Source of the DNA: Azolla caroliniana
Lineage: Eukaryota > Plantae > Polypodiophyta
DNA: 64,000 bases
Reading direction: 5' to 3'
Assembly (NCBI GenBank): GCA_043228905.1
Contig: JBHGNT010000020.1
Location: 13,082,001 to 13,146,000, forward strand
Under the pieces are notes generated by a model. That model had not been told where the DNA came from and made no database searches. It saw only the letters and a list, made by a program, of their open reading frames with translations. This document shows, one piece after another, positions 52,640-64,000 of the stretch (positions within the stretch are counted from its first letter, which is position 1; each line of letters begins with the position of its first letter). Both the position numbers and the translations under genes were made by a program.

Positions 52640-55600
52640 ACGAGCTCAAGACTCGGCTAAAGAACGACAGATGAGCGCAAGACTGAGATGCGTATACTCA
52701 TTACAGAGAGAGAAATCGGATACAATGAAGACAAAATTAGATTTAACAAGAGAAGAATACAACGACTTCACCTTCCTATTCGGATCCGTATAGGGCGCAC
52801 GGCCAAAACAGAGATAGATAGATTATATTATCGTCTTCAAAGGTCAAATATAACCTATGAGACCAAAAATATTATATTTCACGTGATATGTGTGAAGGTG
52901 AGTAGCGACTCTCGATGTTCAAGAACTTTACCAATGAATGTTGCAATCGAGAGTGCACATCGTGGTTGTGAGAGAGAGAGAGCAAAATAAAATGATGTGT
53001 TCGTAATAAAGGGTGCTTTATATATTTCTTGAGCATCATGACCATAAATTGTAGCACATTCAATGATCACCCAAGTAGTAGTTGCCAAGTGTTGGCCATG
53101 ATCGTATAGTCGTATCGTCTATGTGATTGACTACTCAAGGCTATGGCATATGATGAGTGCAAGGGTGATCACAAGCCCAATTAGTCGACTATGCCATGCT
53201 AGTTGTTGGGGCTAAATGATAGGGACATGTCCATCCCATCATCTAGGGGTCATAGTGTTACGGGCATGACCATATAATATCCACGTGTATAGAATACTAC
53301 GGTAAATTCTCACCACAGGATATTATATGGTCATGCACGTAACACTGTTAGAGACATGAACTAATGTAAGCATTAGATAAGGATAGAATATAGATCTAGA
53401 TAGAAAGGAGAGAGAGAAAGAAGGGTGTCGATCCACCCGACCAAAGACGGACTCAAGCCTCGATTGGTGTCCCATACCACCGTCGTGGCGTCGAGTCGTA
53501 CCTGGTGTTGGCGCACTCGCTACAAGAGTTGACCCACCACAAGACAGAGTCTCGACGTAGTCAACAAGATGATCAAATGAGGGTAGTTAGGCCTCTTATT
53601 TATAGCGATACCCAAGGCCCCCAACCATGTTCACACTTGGCCTAATGGGTTGTCTCAATCCTAAGGATTAAAAGCAATCCTTCCCTTCTTTACACTCTCG
53701 TTTAACTCTCACACTTATCCACGTGTATAGAATACTATGATAAATTCTCACCACGGGATATTATATGGTCATGCCCGTAACATACTCCCCCTCTTTAAAA
53801 CATTGCACTCTTGCAATGGAAAGTTAGGGAAGTTAGTTCTGAGAGTATTTTCGCATTCCCATGTGGCATCTTTTATTGATTTATCCATCCATTTTATTTT
53901 AAATTCTTGGATTTTATTAGTACGTAATTTTTTTGTTTTAACATCGAAAATTCTTTCTAGTACATGTGGTTTAGAAGATAATTCTTCAGAAGTAACCAGA
54001 GTTTCAGTTGTAATTGTATTGTCGCCAGAACCTAGAAGTTCTTTTAGACGATTCACATGAAAAACCGGATGAATTTCAACACCATCGGGAAGAGCAAGAC
54101 GATAGGCTGATGACCCAATGCATTTGAGGATTGTAAATGGTCCACAAAACCGTGGGGCTAACTTAGCGCACTTACCCGTAGACAATGTCTTAGAATTGTG
54201 AGGTACACGTAAAAATACCTTCTGTCCAGGGTTGTATACACGAGGTTGCCTATGATGATCAGCATAAAAACGCGCTCTATCTTGAGCTGTTTTTATATTA
54301 TCTCGTGCAATATGCAACATATCTTGCATATCCCGAAAAAAGTTTTGCGTACTTTGCAACTCATCATGATGTATATTAACATCAATCGGGGCTCGTGGCT
54401 GAAAACCATACATCAACATAAAAGGACTATATCCCGTCGACGTATGCTTGGAGCTGTTATAAGCAAACTCCAAAATTGGGAGATAACGTTCCCATTTTGT
54501 TGGTTTTGCACCAACGTATGCTCGAAGCATGTCCTCAATAATTTGATTTACTCGTTCTGTCTGTCCATTAGACTGAGGATGATCCGTGGAGCTCATGCTC
54601 AATGTAGTTTCTAACTTCTTAAGGACTTGCGTCCAGAAGTCACTAGTAAACTTTGGATCTCAATCACTCACGATATCCATCGGTAACCCATAAAAACAAA
54701 ATAACTCGTCAACGAATTGGTAAGCCAATTCAAAAGTTGTTACCGTGGTTTTAGTTGCAATAAATCTGGCCATTTTAGTTAGTCTGTCAACCACTACCCA
54801 GATGGCATCATGACCTTTTTGGGTGCAAGGAAGGCTAACAATAAAATCCATGGATATACTTTCCCACTTATTATTGGGAATGTCCAAGGGATGTAAAAGT
54901 CCTGCGGCTTTAAGTCGCTCGGCTTTGTTAACCTGACATTGGTGACATTTAGTCACATAGTTATGTATGTCATGACGCATCTTAGGCCAATAAAATTGAG
55001 TGGAGATGAGAACGAGTGTACAATGTATTCCAGGGTGCCCTGCTAAGGGTGCATCATGGCATTCAAAAAGAATTCTCTTTTTGACCTCAGGCAAATCTGG
55101 AACACAAACCTTCCCATTACAGTAGAGCAAACTGTTAGCAATGTGGAAGTATTCCTTCGAGGATGTGGTGGTGTCTATTCCAGACTCAACTCTTGCCCAA
55201 TATTTTGCAAAATAACTGTCATCAGGATACTTTCCTCGAAGGTGATCATAAAGATCTGAGGATATTTCAGTGAAGCTAAGCATGTTAACTTCACGAATGC
55301 GACTTAGTGCATCAGCGACAGTGTTCATGGAACCTTTACGATATCGTATGGAAAAATCAAAGTCCTGGATGAGATCAGCCCATCGTGCCTTACGACCTTT
55401 CAGGTCTTGCCGGTCACAAAAATATTTCAAGGACTCGTGGTCCGTAGTTACCACAAAGCGATTTCCATAAAGATAATGGCGCCATATTTTGAGCGCATGT
55501 ATAACTGCAAATAATTCCTTTTCTTGAACAGTATACCGACATTGAGCAGAATCAAGTTTCTTACTCTCGAATGCTATTGGTTTACCATCTTGATATAAGA

Positions 55601-57044
55601 CAACACCTATAGCATAATTGCTTGCATCGGTTTCAACCTCAAAAGGTTTTGAAGGATCGGGTAAAAGAAGTGAAGGAGCCTTGCATACCGGGTCCTTGAG
55701 TTCCTTAAACGCGAGGTCTAGTGTAGCATTCCAGACAATAGGTTTTGTAGACTTACGCGTTTGACCTTTTAAAAGATCAGTAAACGACGTCGTCAATTGG
55801 GAGTAATTACGAAGGGATTTTCGCAAAAACCCGACAAAACCAAGGAATGATCGAACTTCTTGAATATTCCGAAGAGTGGGCCAAAGCTTGATTTTCTCGA
55901 TGCGAGAAGGATCAATTTCAACTCTTCGTTTGGTTATGAGATGTCCAAGATAAGTAATTGATTTCTTAAAGAACTCACATTTTGAGATCTTCGCGTAAAA
56001 CTGTTTGTCATGCAATGTTTGTAAAACAAAGCAAACATGTTTAGCATGTTCTTGTAATGTACGGCTATAAACTAAAAAAGAAAATAACGACAAATTTTCC
56101 AAGTTGTTCTCGAAAAATGTCATTCATTTCTTGTTGAAATGTAGCCGGAGCATTGGTCAAACCAAAAGGCATAACCAAAAACTCATAATGGCCATAGCGC
56201 GTACAAAATGTTGTTTTAGGAACATCATCCTCACTTATACGAATTTGATGGTAGCCAGTACGGAGATCAAGTTTCGTAAAATACCGAGCTCCCTGGAGAC
56301 GGTGAATTAGATCGTCAACTCGGGGCAATGGATATGAATTCTTGATCGTCACTTTATTCAAGCGTCGGTAATTAATACACATACACCATGTGCCCTCTTT
56401 CTTTTTAACCAAGAGAACTGGTGCACCCCATGGAGATTTACTATAACGTATATAACCCATTCGTAAATAGTCCTTGAGTTGCTTAGATACCTCATCCTCT
56501 TCGGATCGACTTAAGCGATAAGGAGGTATACTTATTGATGCAACGCCAGGTACAATATCCATACAATGGTCTATATTACGTTTAGGAGGTAACCCATATG
56601 GTAGTTCACTCGGAAAAACATCACGAAAATCATTTAAGATTTCATCAAGTTGTTGTTGTTCAAAATATGTTAATTGAACCGAGACATTATCGATATTGTA
56701 AACGTGAATGTCTGGATCAAGTACACAATAAAATAGAGTAGAACAAGACAACTCGAATATTGATGGACACGAGGAAACAATCGAGAGGGATTGTTTTTTT
56801 ACACATTGAATAAAATGAGTACAATCGTTCAGTACAAATGTAATTGAATGATGAACCCAATCAATAGATAAAGAAGAGTTTTTATTATAAAACCAGGGAT
56901 AACCCAATATTACATCGGTGGTACAAAGATTCATTGCATGGAAGTCTACTTCCTCTATATAAGTATCAATAGAAATTCCTAATGAATGAATCACCCCGTT
57001 GATGTATTGTACTCTTCCATCAGCCAAGTGCATTGTTGTCGCGT

Positions 57045-57166
57045 TGTTACGCGCGTGCGTGGAGAAAGGCGGGACCACGGGGGTCTTGGACTAGGGAGTG
57101 ATGGAGCGTAGGAAGTCGTGCTTCACTATTTCTGGGGCATCCCAGGAACACCCCGGAAGCAACCGA

Positions 57167-57214
<48 letters not shown>

Positions 57215-57829
57215 TTAACACCGACTCGCGCGCACACATACGCACACACACGCACGCACGCACGCGCAGCTCACGCCCTCATGTACAGGAAACGCAGGAA
57301 AGGGGGGGAGCACCCGACACAAACAAAGACGCCAATATACACAGACAAACGCAAACATATATGTATATATATATAAGAAGAATACACTCCCGGCTTCGAG
57401 CCGGACTGAGGTAGGTTACAGTAGTCATCTGCTGCCAAGCCGCCGTCGGGGAGCTCACGGCCTCGTCGCGCCGAGCGGGGTCTTGCGCAGGAGATGAGCT
57501 GAAGCAAACCCTAAACAAACACGAAGGGGGGGAGAAGAAGAAGAAGAAACCTAACTCTAAACCTAACGGTATACCCTCGAATGCAAAATGGGCAACCCTT
57601 TTACAAAGGGCGCTCCCTTCCTTTTATAGAACAAGGAAAGGGAGGCATTACAATGCGGGACAAATCCCGACTTACATGGGATCGTCTGTCCCGACTTGAC
57701 TACTCTTCGGCGCCATAAAGGCTCCCTCGACATTCACACTAAATGTACACGGGTGCGTACACACGCTGCACCCCGCCGATGTAGCCAATGTTTCCTGGTT
57801 TCCACCTTTGGCCGAAATTCTTCACGACA
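57045..57829 (-). mobile_element. Solo LTR related to the Ylt1-like element, inserted in the chromovirus protease region
   Basis: TGTTA...CGACA termini. Its right end TTTCCACCTTTGGCCGAAATTCTTCACGACA and internal GGACCACGGGGGTCTTG, GTGATGGAGCGTAG and CCTTTTATAG match the 762-bp LTRs. The TSD is degenerate (GCGT/CCGT). Confidence 0.85.
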
Positions 57830-58649
57830 CCGTGTAGGTGTGATCACTTACGCTGGGTTGGATTCCCCATATCTGAACCAAACGATCATTCACAAAGTTG
57901 TGAGAGCTTCCTGAATCAAACAAAAATTGTACGGGAGATCCATTGATATACTCATTTGCACGTAGTAAATCATTGGGACCCAATACATAGTGAGGGAAAG
58001 AACATTGACAATTACTTAAATGGTGTATAGACCTGAAGGACATTAGGAATCTTATCTTTATGGTCTGCAACTTTAGCTTTGTTGTCGTGCTCTTTCCGTT
58101 GGAGCTTTCGACATTGCTCTTTTGTATGACCCTTCTTTTTGCAGAATATGCAAAAAGGATGTTGTCGCTTACAATCGCGATCCATGAATTCGTTGGGTGT
58201 CTTGCGTTTCCTAACGAATTGCAACTGCTTAGTCTCGGGCGCTTCGTTGGGTTTATTGTGGTTCTTCTTCGAAGTGCGTTGATAGCGAAGAATTATTTCA
58301 ACGGCCTCTTCGAAGGATTTTGGATCCTTATCGTGCACTATCCAGTGATAGTCCGAATTGGGGATGCCATTGACAAAACAAGCTATTAACCAGTTGTCCC
58401 CTTCTAGACCCGATTTTTGGATTTGGGTTCTAGCATGGTGGACATAATCTTCTAGCGAGGAAAATTTCCGACTAGAGAGGTTCATTAAAGCTTGTGTTGC
58501 CTCGGTTCGAGAGGGAGGTTGTAGAAATTGGTCCTTGAAAACTGTGACAAAATCTGTCCAGGTATCGGGCAATTTCCCCAAAGTACGGAGCCCACGGCAC
58601 CAGGCGGCGGTCTTATCCCCTAGTTCTCGGCCGACATATGCAATCTTCG

Positions 58650-59075
58650 TGTCACGGACACAACAAGCGCAGACTAAGACAAAGCACGGATGATGAGGCT
58701 ACGACGGAGCAATGATAGAATGACACAAGAGCATAAAGATAGAGATGAAGATTAAGGAGAGAAGATGGGTGAAACGATAATACTAGATTGATATGTCCAT
58801 GACTGGCGTTGTTCACCTTGAATTCCTTCAAGGTGAACTCAACGATTTATACTAAGTGGCATGCATACCTATTGCATGCATGTGATACAATAGAGCATGT
58901 AGGCAGTAGGTACGCATGCATGTGCCAAGTGTAAATAATACAAGGGAGAAATTATGCACATGATGCTAGCTAAAACCTACAATGATGAAGTATATACATG
59001 ATTATATGTTAGATGTGTGGTTAACACATAACACTCGATTATAACTTGGTCATGTCAAGAGTTCGAATCTTGACA
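58650..59075. mobile_element. Solo LTR (426 bp) inserted in the chromovirus gag
   Basis: TGTCA...TGACA termini and a perfect TSD CTTCG (58645-58649 and 59076-59080). Confidence 0.9.
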
Positions 59076-60579
59076 CTTCGTACTATCTGGCGTGGGATAG
59101 AGCTCAAAATGAGACTCCCATCGGCCCAACCACGCGCAAATTGCTTCTTCGGTTCTTTCCTTTCTTTCTCCCGTAAATGGCTTAACGACAAACGATGGTT
59201 CACCTTGTCACTCATCAGGTCTATTAGTCTCACGTTGTAAACAAATGACACGTGCCTCGAGAGCACTTTGAGATTGCCAAGTTCGGTCATTTGTTGAGCG
59301 ATGAAACTAAGGTATTGGGTTATTTGCGAAAAGTACATCTCAATGGACATTTGTCCAAGAGGATTTCCTTGAGTTCCTTCCGCCTGAACGGATGACATCA
59401 AGTCATTATTTTGAGCCATTGAATGGTTATTTCTGGCAAAGAAATAGGATAAGGTCAGACAAATAGTCATAACATCATGTCGTGATGTAAACATATCATG
59501 GGCAAACATTAATCGATATCATGATCTCACGTCAATACCCCTCTAGACGTATGAGATGAAGTTCAAGATCAGGTTACTATGGTAACACAAAGGTGTTTTA
59601 AAAACCATGGGGGTGACAAATAAATGTCTTTCCCTGATCTCTATATCGATTTTTTCGTGGCGGCTCCCCAAGGCTCAACCATGTATGTTCGCGTCATGAA
59701 TAGTTTATACACGAAAAAACTATGTTTCGGTGCCCACATATGTGGTTTCGGCTCTTTAAGTGCTATTACGAGGACCCGGAAGTGCACTTAGACCTTAAGT
59801 TTAAACATGTGTTATAGTCATATGTATCAATGATGTTGTATGGTCTTGGTCATATTTGAACTCGAGACCTCGAGAACAAATGCAATAAACACTTGAGCCA
59901 ACCAAGTAGGTTGCTCTTCTTGAATGTTTAATGTTTCATGCATATAAGAGATATACAAGGCATGTGCCCATATATGTTTTTTTAAAAGAAACATATATGT
60001 CAAGAGTCTTTATTTCGCCCTCATTTACTACAACTATGTTGGTACGTTACCTAACCTCAAGTCTCGTAATTACGATGGCATACGCCAAAATGCAACCTAA
60101 TGGTCAAGCCAAATGAGCCCTCTTTTTGTAGTAGGCCCACGTGGCCCATCACATGGTCACTTCATTACAAATGCCTCTTGTAAGAATGATCTCATGGTGG
60201 CATCGTATCCATGTAATGAGGGAAGGATGTTGGATATGTGTGTCATAGGAGCGACCTCACATGAAGTGGGTTAAGCCCTACGTACTCAACATCATTATGG
60301 CTATTGGCGTTTCTTTACGTAACGAAATATCGAAGTCACCAATGGGGATTTCAACAATAAAAAATTGTTGAAAAAAGGGATGGTGACAACGTTATTCTCA
60401 CATAAATGTGAGGACGGCCACCGAGATCCTTTCCCCGAAAAGGAAAACATTCGATTTAAAATCATGTAATAACTTATATACGCATATGTATATTATCACA
60501 TATATACGATCAACTACGTATACACGTGACAACATATACCTATATTAACAAATCGTTATATTTAATAGCAAAAAATGAC

Positions 60580-60771
60580 ATAATCGAGATACGTAATCGA
60601 GGCATATACCTCTACGCACACGAGACATCCAAAAATAAGGGTTAATCATAATACGCAATTGAGGTATTGACCTCTTACGCATACGAGACTAAACACATAT
60701 CATTTACAACGAATCGAGGTATTGACCTCATACGCAAACGTAACATATGTTTGTGAACGTAATACGCAATT
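60580..60771. repeat. Short degenerate repeats in the chromovirus 5' leader, continuing at 61474-61550
   Basis: Recurrent AATCGAGG/AATTGAGGTATTGACCTC..ACGCA units on both sides of the solo LTR. Confidence 0.7.
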
Positions 60772-61473
60772 TGACGGGAACTCAACGCTCGTTATGCGCA
60801 ACGCTCGGCCACAACCGAGCTTAGAATCATACACAAAAAACGGAAGATAAAACACGACACAAAGAAGAGGAAGATACATAGGACGTTTACGTGGAAAACC
60901 CCAAACTAGGGGGAAAAACCACGGCAGCCCACAGGCTGCAAACTGTCACTATGTAAGAATGTACAACAGTGAGTTCACTGAGGCACCGACCTCGTGCTCA
61001 CGGATTTTCGCCACAGGCGGCGGTTACAACAGAGGCAACGACCTCTTTCTCTCTCTCTCTCTCTCTCTGTACAGTTACGCACACTAATCTCGTGCAAAAA
61101 CCAAAAACAGACAACAACAACAGTGAGTATAAGTTTGCCCTAAGTCATATTTATACTAATATGACTTTTTGGCTATTTACAAATATAGCCTCGATGGACT
61201 CTCAGAAACATATTTACGAATATGTCTCTTCATCCGGTTCATACCGGGTCTGCACCATCCGGCTCTCCGTAGCCGGGTACTCCTCATCCGGTTCATACCG
61301 GGTCTGCACCATCCGGCTCTCCGTAGCCGGGTACTCCTCATCCGGTTCATACCGGGTCTGCACCATCCGGCTCTCCGTAGCCGGGTCCTCCTCATACGGT
61401 TTCGGCCTCGGCCGAGTTTGTTCATCGGCACTGTTCTTCTCCCTTCCCATCCGGAGGGACCTGTCTCCCAACA
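60772..61473 (-). mobile_element. Solo LTR (702 bp) inserted in the chromovirus 5' leader
   Basis: TGACGGGA...TCCCAACA termini, perfect TSD CAATT (60767-60771 and 61474-61478), and the motif TTTACGTGGAAAACCCC...GGGGGAAAAACCAC. Confidence 0.9.
61229..61392. repeat. Three near-perfect 54-bp tandem repeats inside the solo LTR
   Basis: CTCATCCGGTTCATACCGGGTCTGCACCATCCGGCTCTCCGTAGCCGGGTACTC three times; the 18-aa periodicity in the overlapping ORFs confirms the unit length. Confidence 0.95.
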
Positions 61474-64000
61474 CAATTGAGGTATTAACCTCGTGCACAT
61501 ACGACAGTCATCACATATTCAATATACGTCAAATGAGGTATTGACCTCGTGGACATATGTAAATGTTTTATATAACCAATTAATTACCACCACAACATCA
61601 TTGAATCTATAAAAAAAATTACATATTAACCATACACATGATTAAATTAGGAGAAGAAAGAATAGAAAAAGAAAAATATTACCAAAGTTGTTTTGTTGAT
61701 CGTTGTCTGGATCAAGGCCGACCGCACATCGATCGATCGCCATCATTCAAGAACACAAAAGACAACAAAAGAAACATTAGAAAATGAGCTCTGATACCAA
61801 CTATTAGAGACATGAACTAATGTAAGCATTAGATAAGGATAGAATATAGATCTAGATAGAAAGGAGAGAGAGAAAGAAGGGTGTCGATCCACCCGACCAC
61901 CCTCAAGCAAAGGGATCGAGACGGACTCGAGCCTCGATCGGAGTCCCATACCCCCGTCGTGGCGTTGAGTCGTACGTGGTGCTGACGCGCTCGCTACAAG
62001 AGTTGACCCACCACAAGACAGTCTCGACGTAGTCAACAAGATGATGAAATGAGGGTAGTTAGGCCCCTTATTTATAGCGATACCCAAGGCCCCCAGGCAA
62101 GTTTACACTTGGCCTAATGGGTTGTCTCAATCCCGAGGATTAAAAGTAATCCTTCCCTTCTTTACACTCTCGTTTAACCCTCACACTTATCCACGTGTAT
62201 AGAATACTACGGTAAATTCTCACCACGGGATATTATATGGTCATGCTTGTAACACATAGGCTCTAGGTCATTAGGTAGTAGTGAATGGTTATCAAGGTAG
62301 TCACCAAATGTTAATAGGAAGTTTTTTACTCGGATGCCACAATTTGACATAGACTAAGAAATATATTTAGGAGTGATATTCATTTAATTCCTAAGAAAAG
62401 AATTAAGTAACCCCCTACTTATATGTTATTACAAATACTTGATTTATAGCCAACCCACCAAATGTAATGAAATAAGTGGTATTGTGTTAGATGTATGACA
62501 GAAAGTAGCCAAATCTTCCTACATTGATGTGATACAAGTGGAAATATCAACTTTGTTGATCATTCTCTTATTTAGGATGTGAACATGTGTTCTAGTTTAT
62601 TGTTACAAAGATTACTTGGATCTAATGTTAGCTTCACAATATGTAAGGTCTTAATAACCTTGACAATTGGGATTGTTTTGGAGTTGAATTACTCTACATA
62701 AGCTAATATAGTTTGTTCAAGGACACAAACAACTTGAGTTTTGTATCAATTGACAATTCACAAGCCCAAATTATTAATTATTATAAAGCATGAGCTTAAC
62801 CCATTGTCAACATACAACAATAGTTTGGGGATGATTCTTCAATGTACAATTAATGGTGTTATCTTTGAGTTTGGGAGGATTTATGCCCTCTATTGATTCA
62901 TGTGTCAATGCTCTACAAGGGTATATGGTAGGACATGTTCATCCTACCCTTTGAAAATGCCCTTGTATGGGGATTTTAATAAGTCACCCAATATAAGTGA
63001 TAATACAATTGACCTTTCACATACATTGTTAGAGTATTAATGTAATTGGGATATTATACCCAATCAGTTGGCTTGTGTAGACTTGTGGAAGGATTTGGGT
63101 ATAAATGTACCAAGTATTACATTCCATCCATATACTCATTTGAACTACTATGCTCAATTGGATAAATGATATATAATATGTGCTAATCAGTTGGATGATG
63201 TCATATATAAAAGGTATGTGGATGATGCTTTTCAACTATCTTGATTATGTTTCCTTATGACTATAACTATATTATATCCCTCATTTTATTGATGTCCATC
63301 TTCCTCAAAAGCAAGTATTGGTCATCGAATATAGTTATCTCAAACATGTGCTATTCGTAGATATGGTATATTCAATCAAGCTCATGTAATACACGGAGAT
63401 GCACTTTGATATTGATTTAACTTGGACAACACTCATTGGCGTATTACAAATACCATTCAAGAGTATGGTTGATTGGGTGTCTAATTCAACGTATAATTCT
63501 TTATGAAGAAAAATTAGGTTGTTAGTCATTGATATAAATATCACATAGTAGACCGATCTGTTGGAGAAGAGGATGTGTTTTGTAGGGCAAAACACACATT
63601 GTTAACTAGTTTGCAAAGAGTTTAGCAAAAGCTAGCCTTATTGGAAAATAACCACTTGGACATTACATGTCTCCTTTAAAGTAGTGCAATCAATATTGAT
63701 GGCTTGCCTACAAAACTATTCACGCCCTATTAATTGGACCATTTACTCATGTCACTGCTTTTGTCGTCACAACAACAATTTGATTGGTAGTAAAATAGTG
63801 GTAACATAACTATCCCCATGAATGCAATATCAACTTGGTTTCAAGGGCATGGGAATTCTCCCTAGGAAATCACAAGATGAGAGAATGATGGAAGGCTAGC
63901 TTTGTCACACTTTGGAAACCAAGTTTTCCAATTAAAGCAAAGGTGTTATCGTGGCGATGCTCAATGGGTATACCTTTTGCTAGATCTACTTAGTGGATAA

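Larger units (their letters stand above)
53769..59430 (-). pseudogene. gag-pol pseudogene of the chromovirus
   Basis: ORF pieces at 59039-59430, 58012-58581, 57822-58070, 56065-57044, 54660-56123 and 53769-54602. The catalytic DD of RT appears deleted ([12 protein letters not shown]), and the reading frame is interrupted by two solo LTRs. Confidence 0.88.
53256..62254 (-). mobile_element. Full-length, degenerate chromoviral Ty3/Gypsy element with three nested solo LTRs and an aberrant left end
   Basis: LTRs at 53346-53782 and 61802-62254. PBS tRNA-iMet GCTCTGATACCA at 61788-61799; PPT TACTCCCCCTCT from 53783. TSD CATAG at 53251-53255 and 62255-62259. Motifs: gag CCHC (CIFCKKKGHTKEQC), [28 protein letters not shown] and [26 protein letters not shown] and a C-terminal chromodomain. 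Confidence 0.93.

Noticed and set aside
60969-61544. ORFs with 18-aa repeats on both strands
   Set aside because: They are a by-product of the 54-bp tandem array inside a solo LTR.

Overview
Eukaryotic nuclear DNA from a land plant; the transposon content and gene style suggest a seed-free plant such as a fern (inference). Three intact spliced genes were reconstructed exon by exon: a MORN-repeat PIP5K (+, 5792-10448), plastid disproportionating enzyme DPE1 (-, 15299-27895, 16 exons) and a MEMO1 homologue (+, 32586-36935, with a GC-AG intron). DPE1 intron 13 holds a pile-up of Copia, LTR and RTE-LINE fragments. From about 40 kb to 62.3 kb the window is nested retroelements. These include a decayed L1 LINE flanked by a 122-bp direct repeat, and a complete but degenerate fungal-type (Ylt1-like) Gypsy with a tRNA-Trp PBS and a 4-bp TSD. 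There is also a chromodomain Gypsy carrying three nested solo LTRs, whose left end is a fold-back/LTR-LTR junction, so both of its host junctions are the same LTR end. No prokaryotic systems, CRISPR arrays, rRNA or tRNA genes were found. All family assignments come from motif recognition, not database searches.
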